From an uncultured Pseudobdellovibrionaceae bacterium (GTDB lineage Bacteria > Bdellovibrionota_B > Oligoflexia > Oligoflexales > Bog-1112), in assembly GCA_964635325.1 (NCBI GenBank), contig CAZWOL010000001.1, positions 11,935-75,934 on the forward strand: a DNA stretch of 64,000 bases. Reading direction: 5' to 3'. Of the stretch, positions 1 through 11,118 are shown piece by piece (within the stretch, counting starts at the first letter, position 1; every line of letters starts with the position of its first letter). The translations under genes and the position numbers were made by a program. The notes beneath the pieces are model-generated. The model did not search any database. It saw nothing but the letters and a program-made list of their open reading frames with translations, and was not told the origin of the DNA.

Positions 1-1
1 T

Positions 2-808
2 ATTATGACGGGAATCACTCCAGACCATCTGCAACGGCACAAGACCCTTCGCAACTATATTGCTGCCAAATGGACCCTTTTTTCCGAACAGGGACCAAAT
101 GACTTTGCGATCATTGAAGAAAATGCTTTTCTGCAAGCACGAGGTTTTGATCTTCCGATACCTAAATCAAAGCTAATTTTGATTACAGAACATGATGTCC
201 ATACCATTCAAGATCTCTTGAACTTTCGTTGGCAGCACGACAATCTTAATGCACGGCTTGCACTACAGGCTGTATCAGCACTGAATGGTCGCACAATTCA
301 AGAACTTGCTCCCTTATTACACAATTACCGAGGTCTACCCTATCGTTGTGAACTTTCAGGAAAACTAGGTCCATGGTCGATCATCAATGATAGCAAAGGC
401 ACAAATGTCGATTCGACAACGCACGCACTTTCCAATGTAGATGGAAAGATCACCCTATTTTTAGGTGGCCATGGCAAAGGCGAAAGCTTTTTAGAATTTA
501 TAAAATATAAAGAAAAAATATCTAAAATCGTTGCTTTCGGAAAGTCAGGTCATCAAGTCAAAGAAGAGTTAGGTTCATACTTTCCCATACTACATTTTGA
601 CACTTTGAATGACGCAATGAACAATCTATCGAAAATTTTTGCTAGTATTGAAGGTGATATTCTTTTTTCTCCAGCATGTGCGGGCTTCGACGAATTTTCA
701 GATTTTGAAAGCCGCGGTCGTTTCTTCTCAAGTCGCGTGCATGATTTTCTCAAAGCAAACAATGTTGGACTAGACTATGAACCCCTTTCTGATTTTAAAA
801 AGAGTTGA
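2..808 (+). CDS. murD: UDP-N-acetylmuramoylalanine--D-glutamate ligase MurD, C-terminal part (5' end outside window)
   Basis: Frame is open to the window start. Mur-ligase motifs TPDHLQRH, NDSKGTN and FSPACAGFDEF..FE.RG are present, and the gene sits directly upstream of ftsW. Confidence 0.85.
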   Translation: MMTGITPDHLQRHKTLRNYIAAKWTLFSEQGPNDFAIIEENAFLQARGFDLPIPKSKLILITEHDVHTIQDLLNFRWQHDNLNARLALQAVSALNGRTIQELAPLLHNYRGLPYRCELSGKLGPWSIINDSKGTNVDSTTHALSNVDGKITLFLGGHGKGESFLEFIKYKEKISKIVAFGKSGHQVKEELGSYFPILHFDTLNDAMNNLSKIFASIEGDILFSPACAGFDEFSDFESRGRFFSSRVHDFLKANNVGLDYEPLSDFKKS

Positions 809-1946
809 ACTGGTCCTGATCATCGTCACCTGTATGCTGACTGCATACGGACTTCTATCGATTTATGCTGCCTCTGCTTTGAAGGGAGTAGAGCTCTATC
901 AGCAACCGCAATTTTTTCTGAAAAAACAATTCCTCGCAATATCTGCCGGATTTATTATCATTTTCATTTTGTATCACATTCCATTTTTATGGATTTCTCA
1001 TCTCACTATTCCATTGCTACTCCTAACTCTAGTCAGTCTAGGCCTTATTTTTGTTCCTGGTATGTATTCTAAGGTAGGAGGTGCTTTACGTTGGCTAAAT
1101 ATAAGTGGGGTTCGACTGCAGCCATCTGAATTAGCAAAGATTTCCTTGGTTTTTTTCCTAGCCCGAAATCTAAGCAGACGCAACGCAAACATCAACAGCC
1201 CATTGCACGGTCTAGCTCCAAACTTTCTTGTTTTAGGAATCTTCTCATTCCTCTTACTTCGACAGCCCGACTTTGGCACGAGCGCGTTGCTAACTTTTGT
1301 GACATTCCTGATGCTCTATGTTGCAGGCATTTCACGAAAATTTCTTTTACTCACATGCTCCGTTGGCATGGCTACCCTGGTTGCTGTGACGCTTGCTGCT
1401 CCCTATCGCCTAAAACGCATACTCATTTTCCTCGATCCATGGAGCAACATTCAACGAGAAGGTTTTCAAATTGTACAAAGCTATCTTGCCTTTAGAAATG
1501 GAGGTTTTTGGGGAGTTGGAATGGGCTCGTCCAAACAAAAATTATTTTTCCTCCCTGAGGCTCATACAGACTTTATTCTTTCTGTGATCGCTGAAGAGAG
1601 CGGCTTTGTAGGCACAATGTTTGTATGTGTGTCGCTTCTGCTGATTGTAGCCTGTGGAGGCTATATCACGCTCCATGTCAAAGATCGCTATCAACAGTTT
1701 CTCGCATTTGGGCTAACTAGCTTAGTCGCCTTACAAGCCATACTTAATATCGGTGTGGTGATGGGGATGCTGCCAACCAAAGGTATTCCGCTGCCTTTTC
1801 TTAGCAGTGGTGTAAGTTCTCTTCTTGTCTTCTTCTTCCTAGTTGGTGTATTAGCTCGCATTGGTCGAGACACACTAAGGACAAATGCAAATGATAGCAT
1901 CACAAACATTGACAGGCTCCATCCCAACTCTTCTGCAAAGCCATAG
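777..1946 (+). CDS. ftsW: SEDS-family peptidoglycan polymerase FtsW
   Basis: Polytopic membrane protein with the SEDS signature FQPSELAK-like (LQPSELAKI) and LPEAHTDFILSVIAEE.GF.G. It lies in the dcw position between murD and murC. Confidence 0.8.
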   Translation: MNPFLILKRVELVLIIVTCMLTAYGLLSIYAASALKGVELYQQPQFFLKKQFLAISAGFIIIFILYHIPFLWISHLTIPLLLLTLVSLGLIFVPGMYSKVGGALRWLNISGVRLQPSELAKISLVFFLARNLSRRNANINSPLHGLAPNFLVLGIFSFLLLRQPDFGTSALLTFVTFLMLYVAGISRKFLLLTCSVGMATLVAVTLAAPYRLKRILIFLDPWSNIQREGFQIVQSYLAFRNGGFWGVGMGSSKQKLFFLPEAHTDFILSVIAEESGFVGTMFVCVSLLLIVACGGYITLHVKDRYQQFLAFGLTSLVALQAILNIGVVMGMLPTKGIPLPFLSSGVSSLLVFFFLVGVLARIGRDTLRTNANDSITNIDRLHPNSSAKP

Positions 1947-3318
1947 ACTTCATTTTATCGGTATAGGGGGTAGCGGAATGGCTCCTCTCGCTGAAATCGC
2001 TGCCCTGTCGGGTTATACGGTTTCTGGAAGTGATGCCAAAGAATCAACAGTACTGAACCTACTCCGCAAACATAATATTGCGATCTATGTTGGGCATAAC
2101 CCAAATGCTTTAGAGGCACTCCGGATATCGAAGGTAGATGCTGTCATATATTCTTCAGCTATTGCGCAAAACCACCCTGAATGGCTTGCTGCCAAAAGTC
2201 TGGGAATCCCATTTTTGCATCGCTCGGATCTACTCCACTTCTTCTTAGAACAAAAAGCACAAGCTGTAACAATTGCTGGAACAAATGGAAAATCAACAAC
2301 AACATCAATGGTTGCTTTTCTTCTACACAAAATGGGAAAGTCTCCACTCGCGATAGTCGGAGCACAAATGAAAGATTGTTCGAGTTTGGTCTATCCTGTG
2401 AACAATGAGAATACCTATGCGGTTGCAGAAGCCGATGAATCTGATGGAACATTTTTAAAATTCAGACCCTATGTTGGTGTTTTAACAAGCGCAGAATTGG
2501 ATCATTTGGATTTCTATCGAAACCACGAGCATATATTACAAACATTTCAAAAATACCTTCATAATATTCAAGACCATGGAACAGCTGTTTTGGGTATAGA
2601 TAATACCAACTGCGCTTTTATTGCAAAAAATTACACCCGCAAAAAATTAAGCTATGGTTTTTCGCAAGATGCAGATCTACAAGCCTATGATTATCAGTGC
2701 ACAAATGGGCATATTTATTTTTCAATGAATTTCCGTGGACAAAAAGTAAAATGTCACTTTAGATCAGTAGGACAACACAATGCTTCCAACGCTTTAGCCA
2801 GTCTAGCTAGCATTGCTGCCTTAGACCTGAACTTGCAAGACGCTTCGGAAGCACTCTCCCAATTTTCTGGAGTAAAAAGACGATTAGATCTGATTTTTGA
2901 AGATTCAAATCTTAAAATTTACGATGACTATGCACATAATCCTACGAAGATACAAGCTGTACTCAGAGCTGTCCGTGAGTCATGGCTATCAGCACAGATC
3001 ATTGTAATTTTTCAGCCACATCGTTATAGTCGTCTAAAAACGTTGTACAATAATTTTGTGGGATCTTTTTCGGATGCAAGTCTTGTCATTGCTCTTCCTA
3101 CCTATGGATCGGGCGAGCAAGATGAGACACCGATTCCACATGAGCAACTCGTTCATGACATTTGCAACGCATCCAAAGTTTCATGTGTATTTGCTGACAA
3201 CTTTGACAACGCTGAAAACACTGTCGTCAAAAACATGAAGAAGAATGCTATCATTTTGACATTAGGAGCTGGTGACATATGGCAATTAGCCTTCCAATTA
3301 AAAGAAAGGCTAGGATAA
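1885..3318 (+). CDS. murC: UDP-N-acetylmuramate--L-alanine ligase MurC
   Basis: N-terminal HFIGIGGSGMAPLAEI, the GTNGKSTT P-loop and DDYAHNPTKI. The start overlaps the ftsW 3' end and its exact position is uncertain. Confidence 0.9.
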   Translation: MQMIASQTLTGSIPTLLQSHRLHFIGIGGSGMAPLAEIAALSGYTVSGSDAKESTVLNLLRKHNIAIYVGHNPNALEALRISKVDAVIYSSAIAQNHPEWLAAKSLGIPFLHRSDLLHFFLEQKAQAVTIAGTNGKSTTTSMVAFLLHKMGKSPLAIVGAQMKDCSSLVYPVNNENTYAVAEADESDGTFLKFRPYVGVLTSAELDHLDFYRNHEHILQTFQKYLHNIQDHGTAVLGIDNTNCAFIAKNYTRKKLSYGFSQDADLQAYDYQCTNGHIYFSMNFRGQKVKCHFRSVGQHNASNALASLASIAALDLNLQDASEALSQFSGVKRRLDLIFEDSNLKIYDDYAHNPTKIQAVLRAVRESWLSAQIIVIFQPHRYSRLKTLYNNFVGSFSDASLVIALPTYGSGEQDETPIPHEQLVHDICNASKVSCVFADNFDNAENTVVKNMKKNAIILTLGAGDIWQLAFQLKERLG

Positions 3319-4145
3319 AAAATGTCTTAGAACAACAACACATTCAACCCAAGAGACCCATTCCCTATTTTAAAATATTCCTATCAATATCCACAAAACT
3401 CTGTCTCTTTTTTGCTCTCACACTTCCGCCTATACTTATATTCAAGGCTACAGAAAAACTACTGTTTCAGAAAAAATTAATATCTGTTGCCAATTTTCAT
3501 ATCGAATTCAAAGGTGAATTTCCGGAGAAAATTCAAAACAAAATATGGAATTCCGTCGACAAAAATCTTGCTAAACATAGAGCCACCCTCGATTCTCTCG
3601 AAGGCTTCGCACAACAGATACAAGCACAAGAAGGCTTGAGCCAAGTTCATGTTTTTCTAGACATTGCAAACAAACTTACAATATCAGTATCACCTCGCAC
3701 TCCTGTCATGACCATCATGACTGACAAAGAGCGATACGTTTCTTCAAATGCTGAAATTTATGAAGATACGAATTTCTCTCCCCCTGATCTTCTATATTTA
3801 GAAGGAGTGTTTGCGGAAAATCGCAAAGATTTTTCCCTCGACGAAAAGAGTTGCATTACTCTATCAGATAGAGAGAAAAAGATCATAACTGAAGCTATTC
3901 AACTGATGAATATGGGAAAGATGAATGCGACATCTTTTTCTAAAATAGAATACAAGAATTATCGAGGCTTTTTTGCCACACTTAAAGAGACACCAACCGT
4001 GATTGTTTTTGGCAACCCGCCTTTTGACAAACAATTCTCTCGCCTTAGCAAAGTTATCAATGAAGCCAAAAAGAAGAGCACAGTGCTTAGCAAGATCGAG
4101 ATTGATTACAATGATAAAGCCTTTATTACCGAACAAAGAATTTAA
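3279..4145 (+). CDS. ftsQ: FtsQ/DivIB-like cell division protein
   Basis: Basic N-terminus, a single TM helix, and a POTRA-like region containing LTISVSPRTPV (cf. the I.V.ER.PvA motif). Synteny places it between murC and ftsA. Sequence is divergent. Confidence 0.55.
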   Translation: MAISLPIKRKARIKNVLEQQHIQPKRPIPYFKIFLSISTKLCLFFALTLPPILIFKATEKLLFQKKLISVANFHIEFKGEFPEKIQNKIWNSVDKNLAKHRATLDSLEGFAQQIQAQEGLSQVHVFLDIANKLTISVSPRTPVMTIMTDKERYVSSNAEIYEDTNFSPPDLLYLEGVFAENRKDFSLDEKSCITLSDREKKIITEAIQLMNMGKMNATSFSKIEYKNYRGFFATLKETPTVIVFGNPPFDKQFSRLSKVINEAKKKSTVLSKIEIDYNDKAFITEQRI

Positions 4146-4153
4146 GGACAGAT

Positions 4154-5362
4154 ATGGAAAACATTTTTGCTTTAGATCTAGGCACTACCAAATTTTGTTT
4201 GGGACATCTGCAATTCAGTCACAAAGAATCTGCATTCAATATCGACACCGTAACCGTCACAGCTCAAGGCATGAATCGAGGGATGATTGCTGATTTTTAC
4301 GGCGCACAAAAAGCTCTAGCAACGTTGCTAGACTTAGCAGAAAAAGAATTTTCTACGGACATAGAGCGTATAACACTAGGTGTATCCGGAACTCACCTTA
4401 AGAGTACGTTCATCACTGCGCAACTTCCTATGGATAATGACCGTATCGTTAAACCAAAAACTCTTGAGAAAATTCGAGAACAAATTCGCAACGATCATCA
4501 CAATGACAAACGCGAGCTGATTCACATATCTCCTCATGGCTATCAGCTAGACGATCGCGAGTGGTTAGTGAATCCTTTGGGATTTTCAGGAGCAAATCTT
4601 GGAGCAAAATATTTTATAATAGAAGCGGATCGTTACTACCTCTCTGATCTCGTCCGTTTGTGTAACAGCTGTGGATTAAAGGTCTCAAGCTTAGTATCTG
4701 AGCAATACGCTTCGTCTTTAGTCACACTCGAACCTCCTCGCAAAGAGCTTGGCGTTGTTTTACTTGATATTGGTGGTGGAACAACCGATGGGATGCTATT
4801 CATGAATGGCAAACCCTGCAAAGTCTTCACCGTTAACATCGGAGGAAACCTGATGACTCGGGATCTCTCTATTGGTTTGGGGATTCCCTTTGACGAAGCG
4901 GAGCGCATAAAAGTCATTGGAGGCCTATCTCACAGAGATCGCGAGTATTCGTGGGAAATACGCGATCTACAAGGACGAGAATCCAAGATCAATCCCGAAC
5001 AAGTTTTTGAGATACTGCAAGCACGTATTGTTGAACTTGCAGAACTCGTCAAAAAAGAAATACAGTCCCATCTCCCCCTTATTCAAGGTGGAGTTATTTT
5101 GACTGGAGGAGGCTCAGAGATCCAAGGCATCTCACAGATTTTTCAGCAAGTTCTTCGGATTGCCGTCGACAGAATAGAACCCGTATTCAAATCTTCGTCT
5201 GAAAATCAAGAGGGTTCGAAATTATCTTCAAAATATGCAACTGTATTAGGACTCCTTTATCAAGAGTATGCGCAGATCAACAGCACTCGCTCCAATATGA
5301 ATTTAGGAATTTTTGGAAGCCCTTTTATAAAATTTATCAATTGGGTTAAGGAACTCTATTGA
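4154..5362 (+). CDS. ftsA: Cell division protein FtsA
   Basis: Actin-fold phosphate motifs ALDLGTTKF and LLDIGGGTTD, a C-terminal amphipathic helix FIKFINWVKELY, and a position directly upstream of ftsZ. Confidence 0.9.
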   Translation: MENIFALDLGTTKFCLGHLQFSHKESAFNIDTVTVTAQGMNRGMIADFYGAQKALATLLDLAEKEFSTDIERITLGVSGTHLKSTFITAQLPMDNDRIVKPKTLEKIREQIRNDHHNDKRELIHISPHGYQLDDREWLVNPLGFSGANLGAKYFIIEADRYYLSDLVRLCNSCGLKVSSLVSEQYASSLVTLEPPRKELGVVLLDIGGGTTDGMLFMNGKPCKVFTVNIGGNLMTRDLSIGLGIPFDEAERIKVIGGLSHRDREYSWEIRDLQGRESKINPEQVFEILQARIVELAELVKKEIQSHLPLIQGGVILTGGGSEIQGISQIFQQVLRIAVDRIEPVFKSSSENQEGSKLSSKYATVLGLLYQEYAQINSTRSNMNLGIFGSPFIKFINWVKELY

Positions 5363-5490
5363 AACCACAAAGCATCGATTCTCACCAAACCAACACTCCC
5401 TATCTAACAAGAATCGCCGTCAAGACATTGACACTTCAACTCTAGCCTTCTTATAATTTTAAAGAACACAAATTTTTTGCGAGGTCAGAT

Positions 5491-6996
5491 ATGAGTTTTG
5501 ATTTCCTCGATATGGAATCACCTGCAGCTAAAATCAAAGTCATTGGGGTCGGAGGAGGAGGTACAAATGCCGTCACCACAATGATCAGAGAAAACATCGA
5601 GGGAGTTGAGTTTATAACCGTAAACACTGACATGCAATCACTCAAGACCTCGCTTGCACCACATAAAATCCAAATCGGAAAAGAGCTCACAAAGGGGCTA
5701 GGAGCAGGTTCAGATCCTAGCATTGGACGAGACGCCGCACTGGAAGATCGTCACGAGATCCAAGAAGCCCTCTCTGGCGCAGATATGGTGTTCATTACTG
5801 CAGGGATGGGAGGAGGAACTGGCACTGGAGGTGCATCAGTAGTCGCTCAAATCGCCCGTGACCTTGGTGCTCTAACCGTTGCTGTCGTAACCAAACCCTT
5901 TCTTTTTGAGGGAAAACGAAGACGCACTCACGCTGAAATAGGCATCGAACGTTTACGAGAAAATGTAGACACCCTCATCGTGATTCCAAATGAAAGACTA
6001 TTAGAAATTGCAACACCAGACCTAAGCTTGATAGGAGCCTTCAAGCTTGCTGATAATGTTCTTGTCAATGCTGTACGAGGAATCAGTGACATCATCAATA
6101 TTCCTGGAACTATCAACGTCGACTTTGCTGACGTAAAAACCATCATGTCAAGCACTGGACAAGCACTTATGGGAATAGGTTATGCTGCTGGCAAAAATCG
6201 AGCAGTTGAAGCAGCGCAACAAGCAATTTCTTCTCCACTTCTGGATGATATCGATATTGAAGGAGCATCTGGAATTCTTATCAATATCACAGCAGGTGAA
6301 AATATCTCTCTTCTCGAAGTCAACGAAGCATGCACAATCATTCAAGAATCTTCTCATGAAGATGCAAACATTATATTTGGCGCTGTCATTGATCCTAAGA
6401 TGCAAGATGAGATTCGTGTCACTGTAATCGCGACAGGCTTTGATAAAACCGATGAAAGAGCATCGCTCCGCTCCAATCTACGCTCACGTTATGCTGAACA
6501 AGATGTCTACAAACTCAAAGGAGCTACTAGTAAACCACACATACCTGCACCTGCTCCGGTGTACACTAGCACTGTAACGACTTCTGTCACTGGATCGAGT
6601 TTATTTCAGCAACCTCACCAGTACATCACCAACGAACTCAAAGAAGAACGTGCTATTGAAAATAAAGGCTACACCTTTTCTTACCCACATACCAAAAATG
6701 AAAACGCACAGGCTGGAGCTACTTCAGAAAATGCGAAAGCAAGCCCTGAGCCAACAATTCACACCAACAGCCCAACACGAGACACATCAAATTTCAAACC
6801 GTTTGAAGGACGCAATACGAATGTAGAAGCAGAAAGCATCACTATGGCGTTTCAAGATCCCGAGGCCCTACGCCTTGATATAGACAGACGTATTGATGAA
6901 GCTCTTGAATTAGCTGACAGAGTCAGTTTGCAAGAAACCAACGATGGAATCGATATTCCTAGCTTCTTACGTAAGGAAGATTTGCCTCTTCTCTAA
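5491..6996 (+). CDS. ftsZ: Cell division GTPase FtsZ (long C-terminal linker)
   Basis: [10 protein letters not shown] and the tubulin signature [11 protein letters not shown] linker of about 150 aa precedes the conserved C-terminal peptide DIPSFLRK. Confidence 0.97.
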   Translation: MSFDFLDMESPAAKIKVIGVGGGGTNAVTTMIRENIEGVEFITVNTDMQSLKTSLAPHKIQIGKELTKGLGAGSDPSIGRDAALEDRHEIQEALSGADMVFITAGMGGGTGTGGASVVAQIARDLGALTVAVVTKPFLFEGKRRRTHAEIGIERLRENVDTLIVIPNERLLEIATPDLSLIGAFKLADNVLVNAVRGISDIINIPGTINVDFADVKTIMSSTGQALMGIGYAAGKNRAVEAAQQAISSPLLDDIDIEGASGILINITAGENISLLEVNEACTIIQESSHEDANIIFGAVIDPKMQDEIRVTVIATGFDKTDERASLRSNLRSRYAEQDVYKLKGATSKPHIPAPAPVYTSTVTTSVTGSSLFQQPHQYITNELKEERAIENKGYTFSYPHTKNENAQAGATSENAKASPEPTIHTNSPTRDTSNFKPFEGRNTNVEAESITMAFQDPEALRLDIDRRIDEALELADRVSLQETNDGIDIPSFLRKEDLPLL

Positions 6997-6999
6997 ATC

Positions 7000-8019
7000 T
7001 TATTGCGACAAAAAATTCATCCCCTCTTCGAAAGTCCTGAATTTTTCAGGAAGCAACTTGGAGAGGGGATTTTTTTGTCGAATTTTCTTTTCAATTCTTC
7101 CACCGATCGTAAAGTACTCGGAAATTTTAGGCTCATTCTGTGAATTTCTTTTTTCAAGAATTTTGACTAAAAAATCTCCAAAGAATGTACTAATCGGAAG
7201 AAGATTTTTTTGGTTGCTATGAGCAACTATTTTGAAAATCTGCGAGGCCTTGTAGGGCTCGCCGCCAACCAAATCAATAACTGCACAAAAATCATACATT
7301 TTAAGGTCGCAACACTTTCCTATAATATCGACGAGATCATCGATATGAAGTGGGCTAATTTTGGCGGTAAAACTTGGAATCGGATAGAAAAGAGGCGATC
7401 TCATTAAGTTCTTTATGGACTGAACAAGACTCCCCTCGCGCGGACCGCCAAAAACAACGGAGCTGCGAAGAATAATCTTCTCTTTGATTTTGGAATTGGT
7501 GATGAGCTGCTCACAGATATATTTCTCGCGCAGAAATATATCGTTTGTATTGCGATCTGCTCCAACGGCACTAACAAAGATAATACGACGCGTTTGAACC
7601 TGTTCCATAGCTGCAATTAAATTGCTGATATGTATTATGTTTTTAGATTTTTCGCGCAGCTTTATAACATCGATGGCCTCTCCGTTTTTGGGAGAATAAA
7701 GGCTGGGATCCCTCTCCCAAGCAAGATGAATAACTGTCTCAATGCCCCGCAAAGGAACAGCGAGCAATTCTCGCGACGACATGTCCGCTTGTATAGGAAA
7801 GACACTGAGCTTCGGATCAGGGATCTTATTACGGTAAAGCGCAATAATTTCGGTATGAGACTCACTCAGTTTTTCAATAACTCTTTGACCAATATAACCA
7901 GCACCTCCAGTGACAAGCACACCACTTTTAGCTGATGTCTTTTGGCTTCTTTGGTTTCCATACTCAACACCATTGGATGAAGTCGGACTGTAGCTATCCA
8001 TGCGCACTCCTGAATGCAA
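7000..8019 (-). CDS. NAD(P)-binding atypical SDR / epimerase-dehydratase family protein
   Basis: Rossmann motif VLVTGGAGYIGQ near the N-terminus. Overall length and layout resemble NmrA/YbjT-type SDRs. Specific function is unknown. Confidence 0.65.
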   Translation of the reverse strand: MHSGVRMDSYSPTSSNGVEYGNQRSQKTSAKSGVLVTGGAGYIGQRVIEKLSESHTEIIALYRNKIPDPKLSVFPIQADMSSRELLAVPLRGIETVIHLAWERDPSLYSPKNGEAIDVIKLREKSKNIIHISNLIAAMEQVQTRRIIFVSAVGADRNTNDIFLREKYICEQLITNSKIKEKIILRSSVVFGGPREGSLVQSIKNLMRSPLFYPIPSFTAKISPLHIDDLVDIIGKCCDLKMYDFCAVIDLVGGEPYKASQIFKIVAHSNQKNLLPISTFFGDFLVKILEKRNSQNEPKISEYFTIGGRIEKKIRQKNPLSKLLPEKFRTFEEGMNFLSQ

Positions 8020-8056
8020 TCAAACTGTCGATGGAAGGTTTTAAGCAAAGAGATTA

Positions 8057-9208
8057 CTAAAGACTATTATACAGCTCTCTTAGCTGAAGCGCGGCATGCT
8101 TCCAGGTAGGCCGAGTTTTTAAGTAATTTTTGAGATTTTTTAAAAAATCTTGTGAATTAGCAATGGTTACAGATTCTTGTATAGCCTCTGCCCAATCCTT
8201 AGCTTTTGCAGAAGGGGGAAGCTCTTGCCCAAGCTCTGAACGCGCTATACCCCCATCTAAGGCACTTCCTTGCGTATAAAGAACAGGTTTGGCATGACTC
8301 AACGCCTCCATCACGGGTAGGCAGAAGCCTTCATAAAGACTCGGATGAATGACTAGGTCGCAGGCTGCATAAAGTTGATCCAGAGCCTCTGTACTCATAT
8401 TGGAATAAAGCTTTAGCGAGCCATTTGTCAGGAATTTTGACCCTTTTTTCCTAAAAAAAGCCAAACCTTTTGGATCTGTGACAACATGTATTGTCATTGG
8501 AAAGGGAGCTTCTTCTAAGATTTCCAATAGAAGGGGAAGACGCTTGTAAGATTCGTAACGAGAAACACAAAGAAGCGCAGGCCTGTTTGTTGTAAGACTC
8601 TCCGAAAATCGATCTTGAGCGATCTGTAAGGATTCAGAAAGATGCGGAGATGCTATTTTAATCCCATTTGGAATAACGCGTGTTTTCAATTCAACCCAAG
8701 GATAGCGCTCCAGCAAACAGTTCCGTGTCCAATCGGAAACGCAGATAACTGCATCCGCAACCTCTAAGGCCCGAGGTAGAAGAAAGCGAAATTGCATCTG
8801 ATATGCAAAGCTTACATGGGCATGGTCTAGAAGTGGAATCAAATCATGTACGGTCAGGACAAAACGCACATGTTGTTGCCTCTTTTGTCGAAAGCGAAAG
8901 GGGAGATTAATATTGGAAAGCCCGTGATAAACCCATGGTTGCTTCTCATAAATTTGAAGGAAAGCCTGCAACTCTCTTCCCATTTGCAAGCACCAGTTGA
9001 TCTTATTCGATACTCTGCGCTCTGTAATTAGCAAAGCTGGATGCTCTGCTAACGGATCTAATATTGGATCAGGGTTAGTTGGAAAAAGCATAGGATGGCA
9101 GTTGATCTGAGCCAGCTCCTCGAACAAAGAGCTAGCATGTGTATAAATACCTGAGTTGGGGTTATCTAACCCGTAGGTATCCCAGATCACGGCTTGTAAA
9201 TCGGTCAC
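8057..9208 (-). CDS. Glycosyltransferase, GT1/GT4 (GT-B) family
   Basis: C-terminal GT-B signature PSLYEGFCLPVMEALSHAKPVL (E-x7-E type). The acceptor and donor sugars are unknown. Confidence 0.75.
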   Translation of the reverse strand: MTDLQAVIWDTYGLDNPNSGIYTHASSLFEELAQINCHPMLFPTNPDPILDPLAEHPALLITERRVSNKINWCLQMGRELQAFLQIYEKQPWVYHGLSNINLPFRFRQKRQQHVRFVLTVHDLIPLLDHAHVSFAYQMQFRFLLPRALEVADAVICVSDWTRNCLLERYPWVELKTRVIPNGIKIASPHLSESLQIAQDRFSESLTTNRPALLCVSRYESYKRLPLLLEILEEAPFPMTIHVVTDPKGLAFFRKKGSKFLTNGSLKLYSNMSTEALDQLYAACDLVIHPSLYEGFCLPVMEALSHAKPVLYTQGSALDGGIARSELGQELPPSAKAKDWAEAIQESVTIANSQDFLKNLKNYLKTRPTWKHAALQLRELYNSL

Positions 9209-9210
9209 AA

Positions 9211-9636
9211 CTACCTCGAATGAGGAGATGAACCCGAATGACCGCTTTGTTCCAACAGTAGCAACCGTTGTCGTGCACGATCCAAGGAACGGAGAGTACG
9301 GGGGATATTGATTTCAGGGCTCAGGGCTTTTAAGCGATCCAAGGCACGTTTTTCAGCATCTTGCGCCCGCACTCGATCAATTTCTGTGGGAGCCTCTGCG
9401 TTCTCAATCAAGACTTCGAGGACATTATTTGCTACCTGTGCAAAACCACTAGAAACATAGTATTTAGACTTTTCGCTACCTGTGTCGAACGACAAAATTC
9501 CGGGTTTCAATTTGACAATCAACGGCGCATGATCGCTGCCAATACCCAAATACCCTTCGGCACCCGGCAACTGGACATGTTTCACGTGAAACATTCCAAC
9601 GACGCGATTCGGAGTTAAAATATTTAGATCAAGCAC
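9211..9636 (-). CDS. atpC: F1 ATP synthase epsilon subunit
   Basis: 141 aa. It lies directly downstream of atpD, and the N-terminal beta-sandwich plus C-terminal helical hairpin pattern is typical of epsilon. Confidence 0.85.
   Translation of the reverse strand: MLDLNILTPNRVVGMFHVKHVQLPGAEGYLGIGSDHAPLIVKLKPGILSFDTGSEKSKYYVSSGFAQVANNVLEVLIENAEAPTEIDRVRAQDAEKRALDRLKALSPEINIPRTLRSLDRARQRLLLLEQSGHSGSSPHSR
9578..9593. promoter_or_regulatory. parS: parS centromere site, perfect palindrome TGTTTCACGTGAAACA
   Basis: Exact 16/16 match to the canonical chromosomal parS consensus tGTTNCACGTGAAACa. It lies inside the atpC CDS, about 5.6 kb from parB and about 10.4 kb from oriC. Confidence 0.75.
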
Positions 9637-9648
9637 GTCAACCGTCCG

Positions 9649-11118
<1,470 letters not shown>

